Source: Vulcanimicrobiota bacterium
GTDB taxonomy: Bacteria; Vulcanimicrobiota; Vulcanimicrobiia; Vulcanimicrobiales; Vulcanimicrobiaceae
Reading direction: 5' to 3'
Length of the DNA: 64,000 bases
NCBI GenBank assembly: GCA_963812155.1
Contig: CAWETW010000001.1
Location: 192,001-256,000 of the forward strand
The first letter of the stretch is position 1. Every line of letters begins with the position of its first letter. Below are positions 29,649-38,127 of the stretch, one piece after another. Made by a program: the position numbers and the translations under genes. Below the pieces are notes generated by a model. That model worked only from the letters and a program-made list of their open reading frames with translations, made no database searches and was not told the origin of the DNA.

Positions 29649-31076
29649 ATGTCTGCGCTGCGATACGCTGCCATTGCCTTCGTGCTTGGCGCACTGACGA
29701 CACCGGCGCCGGCCGCCGATTCGGCATTTCGCGCCGACCGATCGCAGGTGTGGGATCAGTTCCGCCATGGAGGCGGGTTAAACGACATCGTCGTCAATCG
29801 CAACCTTCCGGATAAGCTTGCGTGGCGCTTTAGCGTTCCGAGCAAGGGAACGTCGGCCTCGCCGGTCGTGGCCGGCGGCCTCGTGCTCGTCGCGTCTAAC
29901 GACAAGTCGCTTTACGCGGTCGACGCGCGCAACGGCAAGCCGGTGTGGACCTGGAAGGGCGACAACCAAGTGATGAGCGCGCCCGTCTACCGCGACGGCA
30001 TTACGGTGATCGGGACCGGCAACGGCGACTCGCCCGTATGGGATCCGCCGGCATACAACCTCGTGGGCATGGGCTCCAGCGACCTCAACGGCATCGACTT
30101 GCAAACCGGCAAGCGCCGGTGGAGCTTCGTGCTCACCGGGAGCGGCATGCCGATGCCGGCGCTGCTCGGAACGAAGCTTCTGCACGTCGACGGCAGCGGC
30201 GCCTTTCTCGCACTCGACGTCCATACCGGCGGCTACCTCTGGCGACGCCTGCTCTACTCGAACGCATCGATGACCAACGTGCTGCTCGAAAAAGGCGTCG
30301 CGTACTTCGGCGGCCGATTCCCCAACATCGTCTACGCGTTGCGCGCGACCGACGGCGCCACGCTGTGGACGCACGCGTTTTCGGCCCGCAACGGCGCCTT
30401 CGACGATTGCCCGCTGGCGACCGACGGCAATCAAATCTTCGGCATGTACTCATCGCCGCTCTCGACCACACCCGGCGCCATCATTCTCGAAGGCGTCGAA
30501 GCGCGCCAGCACGTCTACGCGCTCGACGCCCGCACCGGCCGGCTGCGTTGGGACAGCGCGCTGGCCGTGACCGGCAAAGAGCCGTCGTACAACGAGTCGG
30601 CGATTCCGATGTACGACACCGGCACGCTCTACGACGGCAGCCCGATCGCGCCGGTCGTCAGCGCGCTCGACGCACGAACCGGGCGCGCGAAGTGGTCGCT
30701 GCGCGTCGCGGGACCGGTCAAGGGCGGAATGGTGCTGCGCGACGGCGTGCTCTATTTCGGCGATCTCGGCGGGAAACTATGGGCCGTCGACGCCGCCGCC
30801 GGACGTCCGCTGGGCAGCATTCAAACCGATCTGAAGTTCAACGTCGGTTCGCCGATTATCCTCAACGACTCGCTCGTGATCGGCAGCGCCGACGGGCCGA
30901 CGATCGCCGTGCCGCTCGAGAACATTCGGTCGTCGAAGGCGATCGCGGCGATCACGACCGCGCAACGCAGCCCGTGGACGCTGTTGGCGCTGACGTTCGC
31001 GGTGATTGCGCTCATTCTGCTGCAGATGCTGCGCCAGACGCTGCGCAGCCGGCGCCCGGCGCTGCGAGGGCGATGA
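29649..31076 (+). CDS. PQQ-like/BamB-like beta-propeller protein with C-terminal TM anchor
   Basis: Signal peptide, repeated 'YALDARTG...W' blades, hydrophobic C-terminal helix with basic tail. Confidence 0.85.
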   Translation: MSALRYAAIAFVLGALTTPAPAADSAFRADRSQVWDQFRHGGGLNDIVVNRNLPDKLAWRFSVPSKGTSASPVVAGGLVLVASNDKSLYAVDARNGKPVWTWKGDNQVMSAPVYRDGITVIGTGNGDSPVWDPPAYNLVGMGSSDLNGIDLQTGKRRWSFVLTGSGMPMPALLGTKLLHVDGSGAFLALDVHTGGYLWRRLLYSNASMTNVLLEKGVAYFGGRFPNIVYALRATDGATLWTHAFSARNGAFDDCPLATDGNQIFGMYSSPLSTTPGAIILEGVEARQHVYALDARTGRLRWDSALAVTGKEPSYNESAIPMYDTGTLYDGSPIAPVVSALDARTGRAKWSLRVAGPVKGGMVLRDGVLYFGDLGGKLWAVDAAAGRPLGSIQTDLKFNVGSPIILNDSLVIGSADGPTIAVPLENIRSSKAIAAITTAQRSPWTLLALTFAVIALILLQMLRQTLRSRRPALRGR

Positions 31077-32494
31077 ACGCGAGCCGCCGGCTCGCACTCG
31101 CCCTCGCGATCGCCGTGCTCGGCGTCGCAACGCTGCACGACGTGACGCGGTTGGGCGACGCGCTGCCGTGGCGGCAAATGTACGACTTCGCCGACTTCTA
31201 TTGCGCCGGCCAAGCACTCGACGCGCGTCGAGATCCCTACGCCTACGAACCGCTTCACACGTGCGAGCATCGTTTCGGCAGCGCCTCGGTTTTCCGAACG
31301 GACCCCGCCCTGGCGATTCCCGCTCCCCAACCGCCATACGATTTCCCGGCCTTCATGCTCCTTGCGCGTTTGGACTTTGCGCAGGCACGAGCACTGGCCG
31401 CCGCCGCCATCGTGCTGGCGACGCTGCTGGCAATGCTGGCACTGGCGCGCACGAACGTTCCGCTCGACGTTGCGGCGATCGTGCTAGCGCTGCCGGCCGG
31501 ATACGTCGAACTCAATGCCGGGCAGATCGTACCGTTCGCGCTGCTGTTTCTCACGCTCGCCGGCGCGGCGCTCGTCCACCGGCGCGACGCCATCGCCGGC
31601 GTCTGCGCTGCGCTCACGGCGATCGAACCGCATCTCGGCCTGCCCGTCATTTTGGCAGCGCTGCTCTTCGTGCCGCGCGCCCGAATCGCGACCGTCGTCA
31701 CGCTCGCCTGTCTAGCCGGAATTGCCTTCGTGACGGCCGGCCCGGCGCTGATGTTCGAATACGTTCAACGCGTCGTTCCGCTGCAGGCAGCAGCCGAAGT
31801 CCACTTCCCGTATCAGTACAGCCTCACGTACGCTCTCGCTGCAGCAGGGGTGTCCGACGGCGTTGCACGGACTTTTGGAATTGCTTCTTTCCTCGCGCTC
31901 ATCGCGATCGGTTTGTGGTTTGCGACGCGGCTCTCGCGAACGCTCGACCGCCGCGAGCTGCTCGTCTTCTTTCCCGCCGCGGCGGCGGTCATGGCGGGGG
32001 CCTACGTGCACGTCGTGGAGTTATGCTTCGCGATTCCGGCGGCGACGGTGATGGCGGTAACGCTGCGAGGGTGGGCGCGCAACGCAAGCGCGGCGGCGCT
32101 CTGCGCGCTCATGATCCCGTGGATCGCCGTGTGGTCGTTGAAGAAACTCTTCGCGCTGAGCTTGCTGCTCTGCATGCTGTTGCTCGTGCGCCTACAGGTC
32201 GAGGCCTTCTTTGCGATCGGCACGTTGGCGGCTCTCGCCGCCGTCATGTACGCGTTCGAACTACGTCCGCCGGTATTGCCCGACGCGTTTCGCGGACCCT
32301 ATCGCTTCAACGCACGCGACGTCGTTCAGATGGAGTGGGCAGCGTTCGTCGAAAGTCTGCGTACGACCGACCGCTCGTGGCTGGCAATCAAAATTCCGGT
32401 ATGGGCGGCCTTCGTCACGCTGCTCGCCACCGCCGCTGCAGCGTTACGCCGCAGCCGCACTCAAGATCCGGCCTCGATCTCCCGCCGCATTTGA
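31073..32494 (+). CDS. GT-C fold membrane glycosyltransferase (GT87-like)
   Basis: 'DFADFYCAG...DPY', 'PPY', 'GQ', 'EPHLG', many TM helices; ATGA overlap with upstream gene. Confidence 0.75.
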   Translation: MNASRRLALALAIAVLGVATLHDVTRLGDALPWRQMYDFADFYCAGQALDARRDPYAYEPLHTCEHRFGSASVFRTDPALAIPAPQPPYDFPAFMLLARLDFAQARALAAAAIVLATLLAMLALARTNVPLDVAAIVLALPAGYVELNAGQIVPFALLFLTLAGAALVHRRDAIAGVCAALTAIEPHLGLPVILAALLFVPRARIATVVTLACLAGIAFVTAGPALMFEYVQRVVPLQAAAEVHFPYQYSLTYALAAAGVSDGVARTFGIASFLALIAIGLWFATRLSRTLDRRELLVFFPAAAAVMAGAYVHVVELCFAIPAATVMAVTLRGWARNASAAALCALMIPWIAVWSLKKLFALSLLLCMLLLVRLQVEAFFAIGTLAALAAVMYAFELRPPVLPDAFRGPYRFNARDVVQMEWAAFVESLRTTDRSWLAIKIPVWAAFVTLLATAAAALRRSRTQDPASISRRI

Positions 32495-33258
32495 ATCCAA
32501 CCGCGAAAGTTCGCGTGAAACTCCACGTCGGGCGCCGGCGTCGCGACGTGCTCGAACGGACTCAGATGACGGTCCTGCTTGAGCCGGTCGTGCAACACTA
32601 AGTCCTTCTCGATCTCGCGCGTTCCGGCATGCGTGAGATACGATACGCGGGCGCACCGTGCGGCCGAAATCTTTTTCTGCGTTGTGATGTCGAGCGTTCG
32701 TTCGTCGTCTTGCAGCAACGGTAGATGCCATTCGCCGTTGCCGACCGGCTGCGGCGTGCTAGCCTCCAGCACTGCTCGCATTCTCGTTGCCGCTTCGCGA
32801 ATTTCGGGCTGTGCCGTCGGAGCGCATCGCAGCGTAAAGAAATTCTCCCACTCGGTGGACGTAACGATCACCGTATGCCAGAGGAAAGGTTCCAGAATCC
32901 GATTGAGCTCTTGTTTATGGACTTTGAGTTCCATCAGTCGTCGCGCGTGTTCCACCGCCGCGTCCCGAGCGCTCAGCCACACTTCCTTAGCACGTTCTTC
33001 ATCCGCCGGTCCCAGCACGTCGTCAGCCGACATTCCCGCTTTATTACGTCCCCATTCCAGCGGTAACACCGGATCGCTCTCGACTTTTTCCAGCAATTTG
33101 CTCGTCGGCACGGCGCGAGAACTCGCGGAATTTCTGGAAAGGACTCTGTGCGTATTCCACTCGGCCAGAACGAAACGCGGGAAGGTGACCTCGAGCGTGG
33201 TGAGGCGAATCCCCGCCGGACTTATCGAGTCCAGAAGGACGCGGGCGGAGTACGCCAT
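32461..33258 (-). CDS. thyX: FAD-dependent thymidylate synthase (ThyX-like)
   Basis: 'PRFVLAEWNTHRVLSRNSASSRAVP', 'HKQ.LNR.LEPF', 'FFTLR', 'SAARCARVSY', 'HLSPFEH'. Confidence 0.85.
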   Translation of the reverse strand: MAYSARVLLDSISPAGIRLTTLEVTFPRFVLAEWNTHRVLSRNSASSRAVPTSKLLEKVESDPVLPLEWGRNKAGMSADDVLGPADEERAKEVWLSARDAAVEHARRLMELKVHKQELNRILEPFLWHTVIVTSTEWENFFTLRCAPTAQPEIREAATRMRAVLEASTPQPVGNGEWHLPLLQDDERTLDITTQKKISAARCARVSYLTHAGTREIEKDLVLHDRLKQDRHLSPFEHVATPAPDVEFHANFRGWIQMRREIEAGS

Positions 33259-33267
33259 CGCGGCTGC

Positions 33268-34733
33268 TTAGCCGCGATAGCGTAGGAACGCCGGAACTTC
33301 GATATCGTCCATGTTCACCGGAGAGACGGCGTCGAGTTTTCCGGTTTTATCGAACGCGTAGCCGCTCTGCGCGTCGGAGTAGCTGCGCGGCGGCCCGAAG
33401 CCGGCCGCGAGCACCGTCACGCGCACCTTGCCGCTCATTCCCGGATCGATCGACGCGCCGAAGATGATTTGCGCGTCGGGATCGACGGCGCGGCTGATCA
33501 TTTCGGCGGCTTCGTTGACTTCGTACATCGCCATGTCCGGGCCGCCGGTGATGTTGAAGATCACGCCGCGAGCGCCTTCGATGGTCGTCTCGAGCAGCGG
33601 CGACGCGATCGCTTTTTGGGCCGCGTCGGCCGCGCGGTGCTCGCCCGAACCTTCGCCGATGCCCATCATGGCCGAGCCCGCGTCGGTCATAATCGTCTTG
33701 ACGTCGGCAAAGTCGAGGTTGATGAGGCCCGGCTGCGTGATGAGATCGCTGATGCCCTGAATGCCTTGGCGCAGCACGTCGTCGGCGTACGCAAACGCTT
33801 CGTTGAGCGGCGTCTTCTTTTCGATGACTTGCAGAATGCGTTCGTTGGGAATCGTGATCAGCGTATCGACTTTCGCTTCCAACTCGACGATGCCGTTCTC
33901 GGCGATTTGCATCCGCTTCTTCCCTTCGAACGCAAACGGCTTGGTGACGACCGCGATCGTGAGCGCGCCCGATTCGCGCGCGATTTCAGCAATCACCGGC
34001 GCAGCGCCGGTGCCGGTGCCGCCGCCCATGCCGGCCGTGAGAAAGACGAGGTCGGCGCCGTCGAGGATCAACGCCAAATCTTCGCGCGACTCTTCGGCCG
34101 CCTCGCGTCCCAGGGTCGGATTCGCGCCGGCTCCCAAACCGCGGGTCTGACCGCCGCCGATGTGCACGGTGTTGTCGGTTGCCGCACTGCGCAACGCTTG
34201 AACGTCGGAGTTGACCGAGAAAAAGTCCACTCCGGAAAGACCGGCGCGAACCATGCGATTGACGGCGTTGCAGCCGCCTCCGCCGATTCCGATGACCTTG
34301 ATGGTGGCGGCGTGTTCGGGCTCGGGAACGGAACGTCGGGAATCGGCCATTCTTTTTTTCGGTTCCTCCGTGGAGAAAAGCGTGCGTTGGGGGGCGGGTC
34401 TTTCCTTCGATTCGGCAGGCGCGGGTGGCGCCGCTTCGGCAACCGTTGGCGGCGCTTCTGCGACGGCAGGCGGCGGGGCTTCTGAGACGGGTGGCGACGC
34501 TTCCGCGACGGTGGCGACGCTTCCGCGGAGGCCGGCGATTCGATTACCGGCGCAGCGGCGGCGACCGCGGGCTCGTGCTCGGCCGGCGCTTCCAGCAGCG
34601 ATACGTCGGGATTCGGCTCTGCCGCTTCGTGCGCAGGAGCGACGGCTTCTGTGACGGCTTCGGCAGGAGCGGCCGGAGACGGAGCTGCGGCGGAGGCGCG
34701 TTTGCGACGCGGGCGGCGAGGTTCTAATTCCAT
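33268..34733 (-). CDS. ftsZ: Cell division protein FtsZ (core from 34350; probable 128-aa N-terminal extension with a 1-nt indel near 34511)
   Basis: 'IKVIGIGGGGCNAV', 'GMGGGTGTG', 'NLDFAD', C-terminal 'DIEVPAFLR'. Confidence 0.95.
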
Positions 34734-35944
34734 AAATCCGACATCCATTTCGTGACGCGGCGTACGAACGACCCGCCTCGTCGGCGGTTGTGATCGGCGG
34801 CATCGAGTTCGTCGTTCGCCCCAAAAAGCACGAGCCCGATTGCCGTGGCGTATTGCGGGAGCGCCATCGCGTCGGTCAAGCCTCCGATCCGATTCGGCAA
34901 GCCGACGCGCACCGGCAACCCGAAGACGTCCTCCGCAATTGCTTCGATATTCGGCAGCCGCGCACCGCCGCCCGTCAGCACGACTTCGCCGAGCACGAGA
35001 TCGCGGGGAACGTTCTCGACGATCTTCTGCTTGGCCATGCGCAACGTCTCCAAGACCCGCGGGACGACGATGTGGCGCAACTGCTCGGTCGTGTGCTCCT
35101 TGCTGGCGCGTCCGTCCAGCGTGCGCACCTCGAAGCGCTCTTCGTTGCCGGCGTCGCGCACGCCGGCGCCAAACCGTTTCTTCACCTCTTCGGCTTCCGA
35201 GAGCGTGGTCTTCAGCCCGAGCGAGATGTCGCTGGTGAGGATGTTGCCGCCGACGGGAATCGTGGCCGTATAGATGGCGCTCCCGAGCGAGTGGACCGCG
35301 ATGTCGGTCGTCCCGCCGCCGATGTCGAGCATGACGACGCCGACTTGCTTCTCTTCGGGCTGGAGCGTCGCCGCCGAGCTCGCCAGCGGCTCGAACACGA
35401 GCCCCGACGCTTCCAGGCCCGCCCGGTGCACGCACTTGAGCACGTTGGTGATGAACGACGAGCCGCCGGTAACGATATGCGTATCGACTTCGAGACGTCC
35501 GCCGGCCATGCCGACCGGGTCGTCGACGCCCTCCTGGCCGTCCACGGTGAAGTAACGCGGCAGCGCGTGAATGATTTGGCGATCGCTGGGAAGGTTGATG
35601 ATCTTGCTGGCGTCGATGACGCGGCGGACGTCGCTGTGTGAGACCTCGCGGTCTTCACCCGAGACCGCCACGACCGCGCGGTTATTGGTGCTGCGAATGT
35701 GGTCGCCGGTAATGCCCACGAAGACGTCGGAGATGTGGATGCCGGCCATGCGCTCGGCCTTCTCGGTGGCGCCTTCGATCGATTTGATCGTCTCCTCGAG
35801 ATCGACCACGACGCCTTTTCGCATTCCCAGCGACGGCGCTTCGCCGACGCCGACGATTTCGAGACCAGCCGGGCCTTCGACCGCGACGACCGCGCAGGTC
35901 TTGGTCGTCCCGATATCGAGCCCGCAAACGGTCTCGGCCTTCAT
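34724..35944 (-). CDS. ftsA: Cell division protein FtsA
   Basis: 'GLDIGTTK', 'G.RKGVVVD', 'LDIGGGTTD', 'VLTGGGA', 'YATAIGL'. Confidence 0.96.
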   Translation of the reverse strand: MKAETVCGLDIGTTKTCAVVAVEGPAGLEIVGVGEAPSLGMRKGVVVDLEETIKSIEGATEKAERMAGIHISDVFVGITGDHIRSTNNRAVVAVSGEDREVSHSDVRRVIDASKIINLPSDRQIIHALPRYFTVDGQEGVDDPVGMAGGRLEVDTHIVTGGSSFITNVLKCVHRAGLEASGLVFEPLASSAATLQPEEKQVGVVMLDIGGGTTDIAVHSLGSAIYTATIPVGGNILTSDISLGLKTTLSEAEEVKKRFGAGVRDAGNEERFEVRTLDGRASKEHTTEQLRHIVVPRVLETLRMAKQKIVENVPRDLVLGEVVLTGGGARLPNIEAIAEDVFGLPVRVGLPNRIGGLTDAMALPQYATAIGLVLFGANDELDAADHNRRRGGSFVRRVTKWMSDLWN

Positions 35945-35987
35945 CCGTGCGTCACCTGTCCGGCGGCTCCCGTCTCAAAAATTCTCA

Positions 35988-36005
35988 ACCACGACATATT
36001 GTGGT
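35988..36005. promoter_or_regulatory. NrdR-box-like palindrome upstream of ftsA
   Basis: ACCACGACATATTGTGGT resembles the NrdR consensus acaCwAtATaTwGtg; lies just downstream of a candidate TATAGT -10 (36023-36028, minus strand). Confidence 0.6.
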
Positions 36006-36251
36006 GAAGCCATTCATTCCCTACTATAGATTGATTCTTCCGCGCGTGATTCGCTTGGCTTGGCGAGCCTGCGCCCAACTCCTTGGGGACAAAGGTGCGA
36101 ACAGATTGCGCATAGCCTGTGGATGAGTACGCGACGCAGGGACCGCGGCAACCGGTGGAGCATCATGGCGAATCTCCGCGTCCCGCGGACCGGGGCGGCT
36201 CAACGCGACGAGATGCACGACGCTTGCTTTACGACCGCTTGGAGTGCTGCC

Positions 36252-36560
36252 TTGCAATTGTCTCTACAACGTTCCGCCACCATACTCGCGCTGATCGGCG
36301 CCGCGGGCTTCCCGGCCGCTGCAATCGCCGGCGCGGTCGTCGCATCTTCGACGATTCCCGACGGTACGTACACCGTGAAAGTCGAACGCGTGGTCGACCC
36401 CAAGCACGTTCTCGTCGCTATGGACAACGGGAACGAAACGACGCTTGGCGCCGGACGCGATTCGGTCGACTTTGCGAAGGTTCGGCAAGACGACCAGCTC
36501 AAGGTGTCGATCATCGGCGGCTCGGTCATGGTCTACGCCGACCTTACCGCGCACACGTAG
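36252..36560 (+). CDS. Small secreted hypothetical protein
   Basis: GGAG RBS with TTG, signal-peptide-like N-terminus, beta-rich OB-like body. Confidence 0.65.
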   Translation: MQLSLQRSATILALIGAAGFPAAAIAGAVVASSTIPDGTYTVKVERVVDPKHVLVAMDNGNETTLGAGRDSVDFAKVRQDDQLKVSIIGGSVMVYADLTAHT

Positions 36561-36566
36561 CCGCGA

Positions 36567-37310
36567 TTACGTCTTTCTAAACACGAGCACGGGAGTGGAC
36601 GGCGCGCGCAAGTCCACCGCTTCGACGCGCTTGCGATCGCGCACGAGCTGACTCAGCACCGGATTCACGAGCGCGAGCTTCTTGTCGAACTCTTCGTCGC
36701 TGCCGAAGAGAATCTTCACGCCGCCGCGCATGGTCGCGACGAGTCCTCCGAACCGGTCGAACGTGAGCTCCAACGGCACGACGTGCGCGGCAATCATCAC
36801 CTCGTAATCGTCGCGCAATGTCTTCACGCCGGCGTCGTTGAGAAACGTGCCGGGATCGAGTTCGACGTATCGCTCCAGCACGAACGCCGGGAGCGTCTCG
36901 GCTCCGGTTGCCGTCGCGAGAACGCGCAGGTCGCGGTCGACGACCGCCGCGTCGCCTTCACCGCGCACGACTGCGAACGGCACCCGTTCGCGCACCGCGA
37001 TGAGCACGGTGGCCGGCGGAACGCGGTACACGTGGACGTTGGCCAGGTACGGAATCGCGGCGACGCGGACCGCCATGGCCCCGGTATTCTGCAGCCACAT
37101 GTTGACGTGCGCCTCGACGCGTGCGCGGCGCGCGATTTCCGAAGTGGGCACGGTGCGGTTTCCCGTGACCGCGACGCGCTGCGGCGCGAAACCGGGCCAT
37201 GCCACGACGAATGCGCCGGCGCACGCAGCGACGATCCCCAGAAGCGTGAGCGGCAGCCAGAACGGACGCAGCCGCCGCGCCGGCGACGGCTTTCGCCGCT
37301 GGCCGCTCAC
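36567..37310 (-). CDS. ftsQ: FtsQ/DivIB family protein
   Basis: N-terminal TM, POTRA 'VAVTGN', 'P.TVLIAVRERVP', C-terminal 'VDLR'. Confidence 0.88.
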   Translation of the reverse strand: MSGQRRKPSPARRLRPFWLPLTLLGIVAACAGAFVVAWPGFAPQRVAVTGNRTVPTSEIARRARVEAHVNMWLQNTGAMAVRVAAIPYLANVHVYRVPPATVLIAVRERVPFAVVRGEGDAAVVDRDLRVLATATGAETLPAFVLERYVELDPGTFLNDAGVKTLRDDYEVMIAAHVVPLELTFDRFGGLVATMRGGVKILFGSDEEFDKKLALVNPVLSQLVRDRKRVEAVDLRAPSTPVLVFRKT

Positions 37311-38113
37311 GCCGCCGAGCCTACGACGTAGGCTTCGATCGCTTCAGCGACGCCGTCGTGGGCGACGTCGCCGACGACGGCGTGCGCGATGCTGCGCAGC
37401 TCGGGCGGCGCGGAACCCATCGCCACCGCGAAACCTGCCGCGCGCAGCAGCGGCGCGTCGTTCCACGAATCGCCGACCGCGACGATCTCTTCCTTACGTA
37501 CGCCCAAGCGATTCGCGACGAACGTCAACGCCTCGCCTTTATCGACGCCGGGATCGAGCACCTCGACGAACTCCGGAAGACTGCGCGTGACGTACGCGCG
37601 CGCACCAAAACGTTCGGCCAGCCGTCTTTCGTAGCGCTCGGCGTCGGCTGCGTCGGCGATGACGACCGCCTTCGTCGCGTCGCTGTAAGCAAACGCTTCG
37701 CGCAGCGACGGCACGACGACCGGTTGCATTTTCGCCAGCCGCGCGTACATATCCGAGAAGCGGTTGCGCGACTGCGCATAGTACTCGTCGTTGCGATAGA
37801 GCTGCAGGTGCACGCCGTCGGTTTCCGCGGCGGCGATTAACTCGCGCACGATCTCGTTGCGCAGCGCCGCGTGACGCAGCACGTCGTCGCTCACGGGGTC
37901 GACGATCGCGGCCCCTTGGTAGCAGATCAACGGTGCGTCGAAGCCCAACTCGCGCGCGAACGGTATCGCAGCGCGATACATACGGCCGGTGACGAGGCAC
38001 CCGCGGACCCCGGTCTGCTGCATGCGATCCACCGCCGCGCGGACGCGCGGTGAGATCGTCAAATCCCCGCCGATAAGCGTCCCGTCGAGATCGAGCGCCA
38101 CGAGTTTATGCAT
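37307..38113 (-). CDS. Cof-type HAD-IIB hydrolase
   Basis: 'LVALDLDGTL', 'TGR', 'VDKG', 'AVGDSWND'. Confidence 0.92.
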   Translation of the reverse strand: MHKLVALDLDGTLIGGDLTISPRVRAAVDRMQQTGVRGCLVTGRMYRAAIPFARELGFDAPLICYQGAAIVDPVSDDVLRHAALRNEIVRELIAAAETDGVHLQLYRNDEYYAQSRNRFSDMYARLAKMQPVVVPSLREAFAYSDATKAVVIADAADAERYERRLAERFGARAYVTRSLPEFVEVLDPGVDKGEALTFVANRLGVRKEEIVAVGDSWNDAPLLRAAGFAVAMGSAPPELRSIAHAVVGDVAHDGVAEAIEAYVVGSAA

Positions 38114-38127
38114 GCGCGACGTCGGGC

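Noticed and set aside
12116..34530. Short tandem repeats (12116-12187, 34430-34527) as a CRISPR array
   Set aside because: In-frame coding repeats without unique spacers; no cas genes in the window
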